Below are positions 17,701-25,677 of a DNA stretch of 32,000 nt, in pieces. This DNA is from Opitutia bacterium KCR 482. Lineage in GTDB: Bacteria > Verrucomicrobiota > Verrucomicrobiia > Opitutales > Intestinicryptomonadaceae. The notes beneath the pieces are model-generated. The model worked only from the letters and a program-made list of their open reading frames with translations, made no database searches and was not told where the DNA came from. Every line of letters starts with the position of its first letter. The first letter of the stretch is position 1. Location: positions 330,001-362,000 of the forward strand of contig CP149973.1 in NCBI GenBank assembly GCA_029269845.2, written 5' to 3'. The translations under genes were made by a program, and so were the position numbers.

Positions 17701-17931
17701 AAGAACCTCAATTCCCGCTTCGGAAAGACATTTTTCAAGCCACAATTCGCGCGCCTTATGGGCTTCGCGCGTGCGCCACGCGCGGCGGGCGGCTGCGGTG
17801 GTTTTTGTTTCGGCAAAGTCGGGCGCAATTTCGAGCGACTGCACATGTTTAAATTCGTTCCCCACTCTTACAGCCTCGCCAAGAGAACCCTTGCCAATAT
17901 CAAAACCCCAAATAATTTCTTTCGTGTACAT
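14710..17931 (-). CDS. cas9: Cas9 (type II-C-like, 1073 aa)
   Basis: RuvC-I is WGFDIGKGSLGEAV (Asp11). The Arg-rich bridge helix is AAARRAWRTREAHKAR. RuvC-II is KIVLEFVRD (Glu539). The HNH region is ECVYTG...LEIEHIVPRSRGG...NYVLTDEKTNKEKGDRTP (His621, Asn644). RuvC-III is KKHHALDAM (His784, Asp787). I checked the codons for Asp11, Glu539, His621, His783/784 and Asp787 directly in the nucleotide sequence. cas1 and cas2 follow it, with no csn2 or cas4. Confidence 0.95.
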   Translation of the reverse strand: MYTKEIIWGFDIGKGSLGEAVRVGNEFKHVQSLEIAPDFAETKTTAAARRAWRTREAHKARELWLEKCLSEAGIEVLLRRKVGVVDGAWKLVSKGDVRLEREFPPAGEDLCYNSIALRCKLLLGEKLESWQVFKALNSAIQNRGYDANIPWGDEDAADGGDGISRKSSDSDASGDGESYAEKLAHYEREFDGILAELDNREKYEFPCFFKAAKMGLWSPENPDFVGVRIDNTAEKAKGYVVPREAVVREFRALVNAAALQYPNLKGKADFIMFGRACEPYASYNPELRKRFGLKRGAATDWTALGQKTPRFDNRVIDKCKLIPRLNVCKIKPLDECKTDDDFLSYTITLSLKLLNLRFFRGAGVDSLSFDEFLRAFELAKNSKFKLGKAALKKFFKTIGAEVMDESQSEIEQPRNGGRAAFSRPAMRILRDLIFSGKSPAEFYATAIENIANTDKNKGLVAGDLDFLKLMGDAPWSGIFIPDVGLSDFADASAAAREAQINKLIGSQNDPIVRHRLSFFYERIKSLEAKFGVPDKIVLEFVRDDFLGKKAKSDLNKAIKTRFDEKKKLAEDLDSKREEFGFKYASKKMLLKFELYKKQGGECVYTGNALPLSELESLEIEHIVPRSRGGPDAMYNYVLTDEKTNKEKGDRTPFEWRSTMGAEWESYCERVRKLTKELGAKRCKLLLSPNAAELVEKYTALAETAWISKLAQRICCLHFGFQFGGLAGAKKVWTVSGNTTAMIRGRYGLNRLLHDEESAEDLSLFDRICMEKKFEEKNRKNKKHHALDAMCLCFAPTSNAKKASAYKNILPEEITRNPESDEARKFFGRYLATVIPNKVAVEKSKLEQTIYSLRKGRIVKKCNVRDLAYEGINPKYNYTKLVKRIESIVGDVSKRIISDFVLSNPDLKESEWEDWCKYEAAIPSKNGAPTKLLRVLCEVGSPEEYKDLSKDGCGAYRKGDSHKGQFIWKTQKGKYMVAPVYAHASKAKVLASLKNNPDCAEVCGFFRQNCLVEIPNDVVDKSGKMLLKSGIYKSNSIRADGYGYLENSDGISSKPISIQYLMPAGMKRIKLDII

Positions 17932-17961
17932 ATTAAATAAAAAACATGTTTATCAGTTAAA

Positions 17962-17997
17962 ACAAAATTATATTATTAGTATAAATACAACAATCAA
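17962..17997 (-). promoter_or_regulatory. Candidate promoter region of the cas9-cas1-cas2 operon
   Basis: The stretch just upstream of the cas9 ATG is very AT-rich. On the minus strand, TTGATT (17997-17992) is followed after 16 nt by TAATAT (17975-17970), or after 19 nt by TATAAT (17972-17967). The call rests on the hexamer match only. Confidence 0.3.
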
Positions 17998-18584
17998 GCT
18001 TTTTTAACGCAAATAAAATCCGCGCGGCACCTCAGAAACCCGCAAAAAGCGAAAATTCCGGCGCGAATTTTACCCTATTCCTGCAGCGAAGCCTGCGCAT
18101 AATACATTGAAAAATACGATAGCCCCAGCAACAGACGGCCGGGATAAAAAGGAACGCAAAATATTAAGCGCATAATCATGCAACGGAAAAAAGACGATAT
18201 GAGCTCCGTCGTCTTTGCCCGCTCTTTCGAGTCGTTTTCGTTTGCGCTCGATTGATATTCAATCCTACGGAAGGATAATAATCAGCAAAATGACTATGAT
18301 TGCGCCGATGATTGTCAAGGCGTCATCGCAGCACTTCATGTCGGTATAGTCGTCTATGCCGATTTTTCCGTCATCAAAGTCGTCGTTTAGCTTGTTTTTG
18401 CGTTTCATTGTCTTGCGGGATTGCCCAGCAACCAAAGCCCTAAAAAACGCTTCGGCCGCGGAATGTGTGGCATTGTTTGGAAGGCGGCATTATCCGTTTT
18501 CTCGCGCAATAGTACAGATTTGACGGGGAAACGCAAGATTTTTCGATTTGGCGGGCGGTTTTAAGTGAGAAAAAGAGAAATGAC

Positions 18585-18615
18585 AAAAAAACCCGCAAGG
18601 GTGAAAATTTGCGGG
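18585..18615 (-). terminator. Rho-independent terminator downstream of tRNA-Gly
   Basis: 7-bp stem CCCGCAA (18592-18598) / TTGCGGG (18609-18615). On the minus strand it is followed by a T7 tract (complement of 18585-18591). Confidence 0.55.
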
Positions 18616-18626
18616 CTTTTTAAAAC

Positions 18627-18699
18627 AGCGGGCGGTGGGGGTCGAACCCATAACCTCAAGCTTGGGAAGCTCGCGCTCTGCCAATTGAGCTACGCCCGC
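18627..18699 (-). tRNA. tRNA-Gly (anticodon CCC)
   Basis: The minus strand reads GCGGGCG-TA-GCTC-AATTGGCA-GAGC-G-CGAGC-TTCCCAA-GCTTG-AGGTT-ATGGG-TTCGACC-CCCAC-CGCCCGC plus a discriminator T. This folds by hand into a 72-nt cloverleaf with a 7-bp acceptor stem and a TTCGA T-loop. There is one A.C mismatch at the top of the T stem. CCA is not encoded. Confidence 0.9.
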
Positions 18700-18892
18700 G
18701 ATTGTTTTTTAGCAAACACCTTTTACTGCCGTTTGTAAAGTTTTTTATCCGAATTTTTATTGTCGGTGTTTTTGGAGTTGAGCTGCTCTTATTGTTATAT
18801 TCCGACATGCTCTTTCGATGTTTGGCTTGTTCGTTTGCGCCATGTTCGCAGCGCTGATTGTTTTGCGTCCGCCCTGTTTCAGCACGGTTGGG

Positions 18893-20146
18893 CTACAATT
18901 TCATTTGCATTTGCACGCGGATTGACGAAGAGTCTGCGAAGCCGCCGCCCGAATATTGCAAATAATCGTAGCCGAGTTGGAATTTCAAATTATCGCCGCG
19001 CAGATACCAATTAAGTCCGACGTAGAATTCCTGCACGCTATTATACAGTTTGCCTATGTTTTTCGACTGCCGCTGTGCGTCGACTATCCGCAAGCCCCTG
19101 CCGTCGGTATTGCCCCACGAGTATCTGAATGTCGGCGCGATTTCCCCGAATTCGCCCGTGGCGAAGCGGTATTCGACCGAAAAGTTCAGTCCGTACGGAT
19201 TTGCCTGAGTATAGTTGCCGCCGACTTTTTTGCCGTCGGCTACCCCCGATGCAAGGAAGTCGCCCCACAGCCGCAATCCGCCGCACTCTGCGACGAAGTA
19301 CGGGTTGAGCGAGAGAATCGATGCAGAGCCTGTCGCGCCCATGTTGTAATTTGCGTCGCTCGAATAAGCGGTGTAAACGCCCGTTTTGAAGCTCCAATCG
19401 TCGCCCGAAGTCTTATAATGGACGCTTGCCCAATATGCGAAGTGGTTGTCGGTATACTGGTATGAAAGTTCGTCGAGTTCGGTCGGCGAGAGCTGGTAGG
19501 CGTTGGTGATTGCGAGCATATACGAGAGTCCGCCGCCGATGTCGCCGTTCCAGCGCACGCCCATGTAGCGGTTGCCGACGCCGAGCCTGCGGTTGTTCGC
19601 AGCTCCCGTCCAGTACATTGTTGCCGCGGAGCGTTCGATTGCGTTCAGCCCGAACGACGAAAACATGTCCTCGACCGAAAACCCCGGTTTCATGTAGCCG
19701 AGGAAAATGCGGCCGTCGAGCGCGTCGATTTTTTTCGAAACGTATGTGTCGGTCAGAATGCTGTTCATGCGCGAGCGCGCCATATCGACGGAAACGCGGG
19801 CGTCCCAGCCTCCGCCGAGGTCGGCGTCCGCCTGAATGAAGAACCTGCGCACGATGAAGCCCTGCGAGCATGCGTAGTCGCGGAATGGATTGTACGATTC
19901 GGCGTCAATCCACTCGTATTGAAGCTGGAAGCGCGCGCTCAATTTCAGCGATTTTGTCGATTCAACGGAGCGGACGACTTCCGCCGATTCCTTTGCAAGC
20001 ACGGACGCCTCCTGCGGCGTCAAAAGCCCTTTTGCGACGAACGCGTCGAGCATTGCCTTGTCGGAGGCATGCGAGACTGAGATGGAAAATGCGGCAAGAA
20101 GCGCGCATGCTGCGCATTTTACGAATCTGTGCGGTGCGGAAATCAT
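18893..20146 (-). CDS. Putative outer-membrane beta-barrel porin
   Basis: 417 aa with a signal peptide (CAACALLAAFSISVSHA). Alternating aromatic/Gly-rich beta-strand patterns run throughout (YEWIDAESYNP, GWDARVSVDM, LGVGNRYMGVRWNG, YVGLNWYLRGDNLKFQLGYDY). It resembles porin O/P-type proteins. The family assignment is tentative. Confidence 0.6.
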   Translation of the reverse strand: MISAPHRFVKCAACALLAAFSISVSHASDKAMLDAFVAKGLLTPQEASVLAKESAEVVRSVESTKSLKLSARFQLQYEWIDAESYNPFRDYACSQGFIVRRFFIQADADLGGGWDARVSVDMARSRMNSILTDTYVSKKIDALDGRIFLGYMKPGFSVEDMFSSFGLNAIERSAATMYWTGAANNRRLGVGNRYMGVRWNGDIGGGLSYMLAITNAYQLSPTELDELSYQYTDNHFAYWASVHYKTSGDDWSFKTGVYTAYSSDANYNMGATGSASILSLNPYFVAECGGLRLWGDFLASGVADGKKVGGNYTQANPYGLNFSVEYRFATGEFGEIAPTFRYSWGNTDGRGLRIVDAQRQSKNIGKLYNSVQEFYVGLNWYLRGDNLKFQLGYDYLQYSGGGFADSSSIRVQMQMKL

Positions 20147-20278
20147 ATTAGTATTTTTGATTTAATAAAAACTAAAATACAAAAAAAATTTTTGCAATCA
20201 TAAAAGCGGGCGCGACGATTCTTCTTGCGAAAGCGCAAAGCCGCATTTTAATTTCTTCCTAAATTTTCAGGAGGAAAA

Positions 20279-21601
20279 ATGGCAAATATCGACAGACGCA
20301 AATTTTTGAAGCTTACCGCAACCGCAGCCGCCGCGACTGCGGTTTCCAACACCTACGCCGCGCCGAAAAGCGGCGCGAAGGCGAAGGTTGTGGTAATCGG
20401 CGCGGGTGCTGCGGGAATCGACATTTCGGCGAGACTGCTGCGCATGCTCGAATCGCCAGACATCACGATTATCGACCCAGCCGAAACGCACTACTACCAG
20501 CCGGGATTCACGCTAATCGCGGGCGGCGTCTACAAGCCCGACGAAGTGTACAAGCCGCAGAAAGACTGCATTCCCGACGGCGCGAAATGGGTGAAAGACT
20601 CGGTCGTTGCGGTTGACCCCGACGCGAAAACGGTTGCGACTCTCGGCGGGCAGAAAATCGGCTACGACTTCCTTGTGCTCACACCCGGCCTTGTCCTGCG
20701 TTGGGACTTGATTGACGGCATCGACGAAAAGTCGCTCGGCGTCGGAAACGCGCACTGCATCTACTGCCATTCGGGCGCAATCAAGACGCGGGACGCCGTG
20801 CAAAAATTCGCCGAGAAGGGCGGAAAGGGAATTTTCACCGACACCTACACAAAGCACAAATGCGGCGGCGCGCCGAAAAAAATCTGCCTGCTTACGGAGC
20901 ATTTGTCGCGAAAGAAAAACCGCCGCGACGCGCTCGACATCAACTTCTACACGGCGTCGAAGCAGCTCTACGACGTCCCCTACTTCACGCCGCGCCTGCT
21001 CGAAATCTACGCAGAGCGCAACGTAAAGCTGAATCTCTCGACGCGCGTGAAGGCAATCGACACGGCGGCGAAAAAAGTCTGGCTCGACACCGTAAAGGAC
21101 GGGAAAGTCGTGAAGTCGGTCGCGGAAGACTACGACTTCCTCCACTTCCTGCCGCCGATGACCGCCCCCGTCTTCGTCCCGCAGTCGGGGCTGTCGAAGA
21201 CCTCGGGCAAGAACGCGGCGGAGGGCTGGGTTGACGCCGACAAATTCACGCTTCTCCACAAAAAATATCCGAACATAATTTCGTGCGGAGACGTCGCGGG
21301 AATCCCCACAAGCAAGACTTCCGCCGCGATAAGAAAACAGGCGCCGATTGCCGCCGAGAACCTCGTTTCCCTCATGGAGGGCAAAACGCCGACGCGCCAG
21401 TACGACGGCTACGCCGCGTGCCCCATCATCACCGACTACGGGCACATTCTCATGTGCGAGTTCGACTATCGGAAAAACCGCAAAAGCTCGTTCCCGCTTT
21501 CGCTCATGGACATGTCGAAAGAAAGCCGCCTTGCGTGGCTGCTTAAAGTGTACGCGCTCAAACCGATGTATTTTTACGGAATGCTCAACGGACTCGTGTA
21601 A
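20279..21601 (+). CDS. FAD-dependent pyridine-nucleotide-disulfide oxidoreductase with a Tat signal, sulfide:quinone oxidoreductase / FccB-like
   Basis: 440 aa. It has a twin-arginine motif (DRRKFLKLTATAAAA) and a Rossmann FAD motif (VVVIGAGAAGI). A second dinucleotide-site region is GDVAGIPTSKT. AGGAGG lies upstream of the ATG. The exact substrate is not certain. Confidence 0.7.
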   Translation: MANIDRRKFLKLTATAAAATAVSNTYAAPKSGAKAKVVVIGAGAAGIDISARLLRMLESPDITIIDPAETHYYQPGFTLIAGGVYKPDEVYKPQKDCIPDGAKWVKDSVVAVDPDAKTVATLGGQKIGYDFLVLTPGLVLRWDLIDGIDEKSLGVGNAHCIYCHSGAIKTRDAVQKFAEKGGKGIFTDTYTKHKCGGAPKKICLLTEHLSRKKNRRDALDINFYTASKQLYDVPYFTPRLLEIYAERNVKLNLSTRVKAIDTAAKKVWLDTVKDGKVVKSVAEDYDFLHFLPPMTAPVFVPQSGLSKTSGKNAAEGWVDADKFTLLHKKYPNIISCGDVAGIPTSKTSAAIRKQAPIAAENLVSLMEGKTPTRQYDGYAACPIITDYGHILMCEFDYRKNRKSSFPLSLMDMSKESRLAWLLKVYALKPMYFYGMLNGLV

Positions 21602-21642
21602 TACTCTTGACCGAACGCGTCCGCGCGTCCATGCTCGCAGAT

Positions 21643-22212
21643 ATGAAAAACGCCCTAAAACTTTTTCCGCTTTCGCTGCTCGCGCTGCTCTGCGCGTGCG
21701 CGGGAGACGACAAGACGACGGAATCCGCGGAGCAGTCGTATATAATCGGCGCGGGAATGAAGAACGAGCCGAAAATCACATACTGCCTGCCGCGCTACCT
21801 GACCGACGCCGAAACACGGACAATTGCGGAAGTATTTTCGGGAGACGAGTTCGCGCACGGACACCTGATTATGCGCAGCCAGCCGAAAAAACGCGCGGGC
21901 ATGTACTTCTTTGTGATGTTCGGCTTCGAGCCAGACGACATCTCCCTCGCCTGCCGCTTCATTTTGGAAGTCGATTCAACAAAGCACCCGCATGTGCGCA
22001 AGTTCGTATTCGACGTGCCCGAAACAAGCTCGGTGCTGCGCGAAGTAAAGCTCGGTCTGACAGGTTCGGACTGGCTTGGGCGCGACGAAAAAGTCAACGC
22101 GTGGCGTCTGACGCTCCTTTCGCCGTCGGGGAAAATCCTCACGCAAAAACAGTCGTGGCTGTGGTCGGTAAAACACGGCGATTCAAAAATCAAAAAAAAT
22201 GCGGTGGACTGA
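21643..22212 (+). CDS. Hypothetical lipoprotein
   Basis: The start was taken at ATG 21643; the track ORF starts at TTG 21607. The N-terminus MKNALKLFPLSLLALLCACAGDD has a lipobox-like L-C-A-C. I recognise no domain. Confidence 0.5.
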   Translation: MKNALKLFPLSLLALLCACAGDDKTTESAEQSYIIGAGMKNEPKITYCLPRYLTDAETRTIAEVFSGDEFAHGHLIMRSQPKKRAGMYFFVMFGFEPDDISLACRFILEVDSTKHPHVRKFVFDVPETSSVLREVKLGLTGSDWLGRDEKVNAWRLTLLSPSGKILTQKQSWLWSVKHGDSKIKKNAVD

Positions 22213-23071
22213 TTTTCGCCCGCTCGGCGTGCCGAAATTTACGCCGTCCGACTTCGCCGAAACGCTCGACGGCGGACAGTCGTTCCGCTGGTATGCCGAC
22301 GCGAACTCCGACGCGCCCCAATTCACGGGGGCATTCGGGAACACCGCGGCAAAGCTGAGGCTCGACGGCGCGGGAGAGGTGCTGTACTCAGTGCCCGAAA
22401 ACGCAAACCCCGACGCCGCGCGGAAAATCGCCGAATACCTCGACGCCGACCGCGACTACGCCGCGCTCAGACAATCGCTTTTCGATACCGCAGACGCCCA
22501 CATGCGAGCCGCGCTCAGAATCTACCCGACCCTGCGCATACTCCGCCAGCCGCCAGCCGAAGCGCTGATGTGCTTTATTTGCAGTTCGAGCAAGCGCATT
22601 GTGCAGATAAAGCAGTGCGTAAAACTGCTGTCGGAAAATTTCGGGGAAGAGATTGCCGACGGAATCCGCGCGCTGCCGAGCTTCGAAAAAATCGCCGACG
22701 CCGACATTTCGAAAATCAGGAAATGCAAGCTCGGATTCCGCGCGGAATACCTGAAAAAATCCGCGCAGAAAATCGTCGCCGACTCTTTCGACCCGAACGG
22801 ACTTCGCGAAATGCCGTACCGCGAGGCGAAGAAATATTTGACGTCGCTTAGCGGCGTGGGCGAGAAAGTCGCCGACTGCATTCTGCTTTTCGGCGCGGCG
22901 AAAATGGACGCCTTCCCCGTCGACACATGGATTCGAAAGGCGATGTCCGAGCTATACGGCACGCCCGACAACCCCGACAAAATCAGGGAATTTGCCGCGC
23001 AAAAATTCGGCGCGCACGCGGGATTCGCCCAGCAGCTGATTTTTGCGGCAAAGCGCAAAAACCTGCTCTGA
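22199..23071 (+). CDS. ogg: 8-oxoguanine DNA glycosylase / AP lyase (Ogg, HhH-GPD superfamily)
   Basis: 290 aa. The N-terminus is LDGGQSFRW. The HhH-GPD segment is LTSLSGVGEKVADCILLFGAAKMDAFPVDTWIRKA, with the catalytic Lys/Asp context of Ogg enzymes. Confidence 0.8.
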   Translation: MRWTDFRPLGVPKFTPSDFAETLDGGQSFRWYADANSDAPQFTGAFGNTAAKLRLDGAGEVLYSVPENANPDAARKIAEYLDADRDYAALRQSLFDTADAHMRAALRIYPTLRILRQPPAEALMCFICSSSKRIVQIKQCVKLLSENFGEEIADGIRALPSFEKIADADISKIRKCKLGFRAEYLKKSAQKIVADSFDPNGLREMPYREAKKYLTSLSGVGEKVADCILLFGAAKMDAFPVDTWIRKAMSELYGTPDNPDKIREFAAQKFGAHAGFAQQLIFAAKRKNLL

Positions 23072-23156
23072 CCGCAAAGAAAAGCGCAAACACGCAAAAC
23101 CGCCTTAAAACACAAAAAGATAAAAACCGCCGCTTTTTATCAAATAAGGATAAAAA

Positions 23157-23192
23157 CAAAAGAGCCGACCGAACGGGACGGCTCTTTTGTTT
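23157..23192. terminator. Bidirectional terminator between convergent ogg and tex
   Basis: 10-bp stem AAAAGAGCCG (23158-23167) / CGGCTCTTTT (23179-23188). T-rich tracts follow the hairpin on both strands. Confidence 0.5.
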
Positions 23193-23226
23193 TGCGCCGC
23201 GCAAACCCGCGCGGGCGGCGGGAAAA

Positions 23227-25509
23227 CTACTTTTTTGAAAGCTTCGAAAACGCGTCTCCGAACGAGTTTCCGAAAGGCTCGGACGAACGGCGCGGCGCGA
23301 ATCCGCCTCCCGAACGCGGCGCGCGCGGACGCCCCTGATTTGCGGCGTCGCCCGCGCTCTTGACGCGCTTCTGGGGGTTCGTCTTCATCGAAAGCCCTAT
23401 CCGCTTGCGGGCGATGTCCACTTCCATGACGCACACGTTCACCTTCTGTTGCGGCTTCACGACGTCGTTGGGATCTTTCACAAAAGTGTCGGAAAGCTCG
23501 CTGATGTGCACAAGCCCGTCCTGATGGACGCCTATATCGACAAACGCGCCGAACGCGGTTACGTTTGTGACGATTCCTGGGAGGCGCATGCCCTCGCGCA
23601 AGTCCTCTATTTTGTTGACGCCCTCGGCGAACGAGAAGACCTCGAATTTTTCGCGCGGGTCGCGGCCGGGCTTGCCGAGCTCCTGCATGATGTCTTTGAG
23701 GGTCGGCATGCCGAGCTCGCCGTCGACGTATTTTTTGAGGTCGATTTTCGCGCGGACTGCGGGGTCGCGAAGAAGCGTAGCAACGTCCGCGCCGATGTCG
23801 GAAGCCATGCGCTCTACGACGGCGTAGCGTTCGGGGTGAACCGCGCTTGCGTCGAGCGGGTTGTCGCCGCCGCGAATGCGCAGAAAGCCCGCCGCCTGCT
23901 CGTAGGTTTTTGCGCCAAGCCCCTTGACTTTCAGCAAATCGCGGCGCGACTTGAACGGCCCGTTCGCGTTGCGGTACTCCACGATGTTCGCGGCGGTCGT
24001 CGCGTTAAGCCCCGAAACGTAGGAGAGCAGCTGTTTGCTCGCGGTGTTGACCTCTACGCCAACGCTGTTTACGCAGCTGATGACGGTGTCGTCGAGCGAG
24101 CGTTTGAGCATGGTCTGGTTGACGTCGTGCTGGTACTGCCCGACGCCGATTGACTGCGGGTCGATTTTCACAAGCTCCGCGAGCGGGTCCATCAGCCTGC
24201 GCCCGATGGACACCGCGCCGCGCACGGTGATGTCGAAGTTCGGGAACTCCTCGCGCGCGACTTCCGACGCCGAATAAATCGACGCCCCGCTTTCGTTTAC
24301 CATCACCACGGGAATCGACGCGGGCAGCCCGAGCGAGCGCACAAACGCCTCGGTTTCGCGCCCCGCCGTGCCGTTGCCGATTGCAATCGCCTCTATTTCG
24401 AAACGCTTGCAGAAGGCAAGAACCTTGTTCCGCGCCTCCTCGGCTTTCATCGCGCCCTGTTCGGGATAGATTACGTCGTTGTGGAGGAGGTCGCCCTGAC
24501 GGTTCAGGCAGACGACTTTGCAGCCCGTGCGGAAGCCTGGGTCTATCGCAAGAACGTTTCGGCGGCCGAGCGGCGACGCCATGAGAAGCTCGCGCAGGTT
24601 GTTTGCGAAAATTTTAACGGCGTCCTCGTCGGCGCGTTTCTTGACCTCCAAGCGCATGTAGGTTTCGGAAGTGGAGGCAAGCAGGCGGTTGTACGAGTCC
24701 TCCGCGGCGAGCGCAACCTGCTTCGCCGCCTCTCCGCCGCCCTTTACGAACAGCTTTTTAAGAATCGACACCGCCCCCGACGCGTCCTCCGGAATTATGC
24801 GCATTATGAGAAAGCCCTCCGCCTCGCCGCGGCGGACTGCGAGGATTCTATGGCTGGGGGCGTCCTTGGCGCGTTCAGTCCACTGGAAGTAGTCGCGGTA
24901 TTTCGCGCCCTCCTCCTCCTTGCCGAACATGACTTTCGACGACATGTTAGACTCTTTCTCGAAGTACGCGCGGACCGCCGCGCGGGCTTCGGCATCGTCG
25001 GCGATGTTCTCGGCGATGATGTCGCGCGCGCCCGCGAGCGCGGCTTCGGCGTCGGGAACTTCCTTTTCCGCTGAGACGTATTCGGCGGCTTTCGACGAGC
25101 AGTCGGCGTCCTGATTTTCAAGCAGGAACTGCGCAAGCGGCTCAAGCCCGCGCTCTTTCGCGATTGTCGCGCGGGTGCGGCGTTTGGGTTTGAAAGGCTG
25201 GTAGATGTCCTCAATCCGCGCGAGCGTCTCGGCGGCGTCGAGCGACGCGGAGATTTCGGGGGTAAGCAGCTTGCGCTCGTCGAGCGATTTCCTGACGGCG
25301 GCGCGGCGTTCGTCGAGCGCGGCAAGGCGTTCGATGTCGTCGCGGATTTTCGTGACGGCTACTTCGTCGAGCGAACCTGTCGCCTCTTTTCTGTACCGCG
25401 CGATGAACGGAACGGTCGCGCCCTCCTCCAAAAGTTTTGCGACAGCTCCGACGCCCATAACGGGCAGGTTGAGGTCGCTTGCGATTTTAATGATGTGGTC
25501 TTGATTCAT
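23227..25509 (-). CDS. tex: Tex-like transcription accessory protein (YqgF/HhH/S1 domains)
   Basis: 760 aa. The N-terminus is VAKLLEEGATVPFIARYRKEATG. The YqgF-like region is VLAIDPGFRTGCKVV. The C-terminal S1 domain is GIVTNVTAFGAFVDIGVHQDGLVHISEL. Confidence 0.93.
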   Translation of the reverse strand: MNQDHIIKIASDLNLPVMGVGAVAKLLEEGATVPFIARYRKEATGSLDEVAVTKIRDDIERLAALDERRAAVRKSLDERKLLTPEISASLDAAETLARIEDIYQPFKPKRRTRATIAKERGLEPLAQFLLENQDADCSSKAAEYVSAEKEVPDAEAALAGARDIIAENIADDAEARAAVRAYFEKESNMSSKVMFGKEEEGAKYRDYFQWTERAKDAPSHRILAVRRGEAEGFLIMRIIPEDASGAVSILKKLFVKGGGEAAKQVALAAEDSYNRLLASTSETYMRLEVKKRADEDAVKIFANNLRELLMASPLGRRNVLAIDPGFRTGCKVVCLNRQGDLLHNDVIYPEQGAMKAEEARNKVLAFCKRFEIEAIAIGNGTAGRETEAFVRSLGLPASIPVVMVNESGASIYSASEVAREEFPNFDITVRGAVSIGRRLMDPLAELVKIDPQSIGVGQYQHDVNQTMLKRSLDDTVISCVNSVGVEVNTASKQLLSYVSGLNATTAANIVEYRNANGPFKSRRDLLKVKGLGAKTYEQAAGFLRIRGGDNPLDASAVHPERYAVVERMASDIGADVATLLRDPAVRAKIDLKKYVDGELGMPTLKDIMQELGKPGRDPREKFEVFSFAEGVNKIEDLREGMRLPGIVTNVTAFGAFVDIGVHQDGLVHISELSDTFVKDPNDVVKPQQKVNVCVMEVDIARKRIGLSMKTNPQKRVKSAGDAANQGRPRAPRSGGGFAPRRSSEPFGNSFGDAFSKLSKK

Positions 25510-25677
25510 TGAAAAATTCTTCGGTTTTAAAGATTCGGATTATCGCAAAAACGCCCCCGATTGCAAAGACATTTCGCAAAATATTATCCGCACAAAACGG
25601 CGCGCGCCCGCGGCGGAACGCCCCGATATAATGTTGACATTCGCGCCGCCCGCGCAAATTATTAGAGGATTATACGC

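Noticed and set aside
18551-18636. The 9-nt GCGGGCGGT occurs at 18551-18559 and again at the tRNA-Gly 3' end (18628-18636). It could be an att-site duplication.
   Set aside because: It is too short and too GC-rich to distinguish from chance in this genome. The two copies are only 77 nt apart and do not bracket the CRISPR-Cas locus.
18490-18684. A 64-aa minus-strand ORF (MAERELPKLEVMGSTPTARCF...).
   Set aside because: It overlaps tRNA-Gly and its terminator hairpin, so it is an artefact of ORF calling.
22428-22438. Possible self-targeting. Spacer 5 shares TCGCCGAATAC with the ogg coding region, and a similar short string occurs near 7558-7570.
   Set aside because: The contiguous match is only 11 nt and the flanks diverge. 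No spacer has a convincing protospacer within this window by eye. A genome-wide search is still needed.
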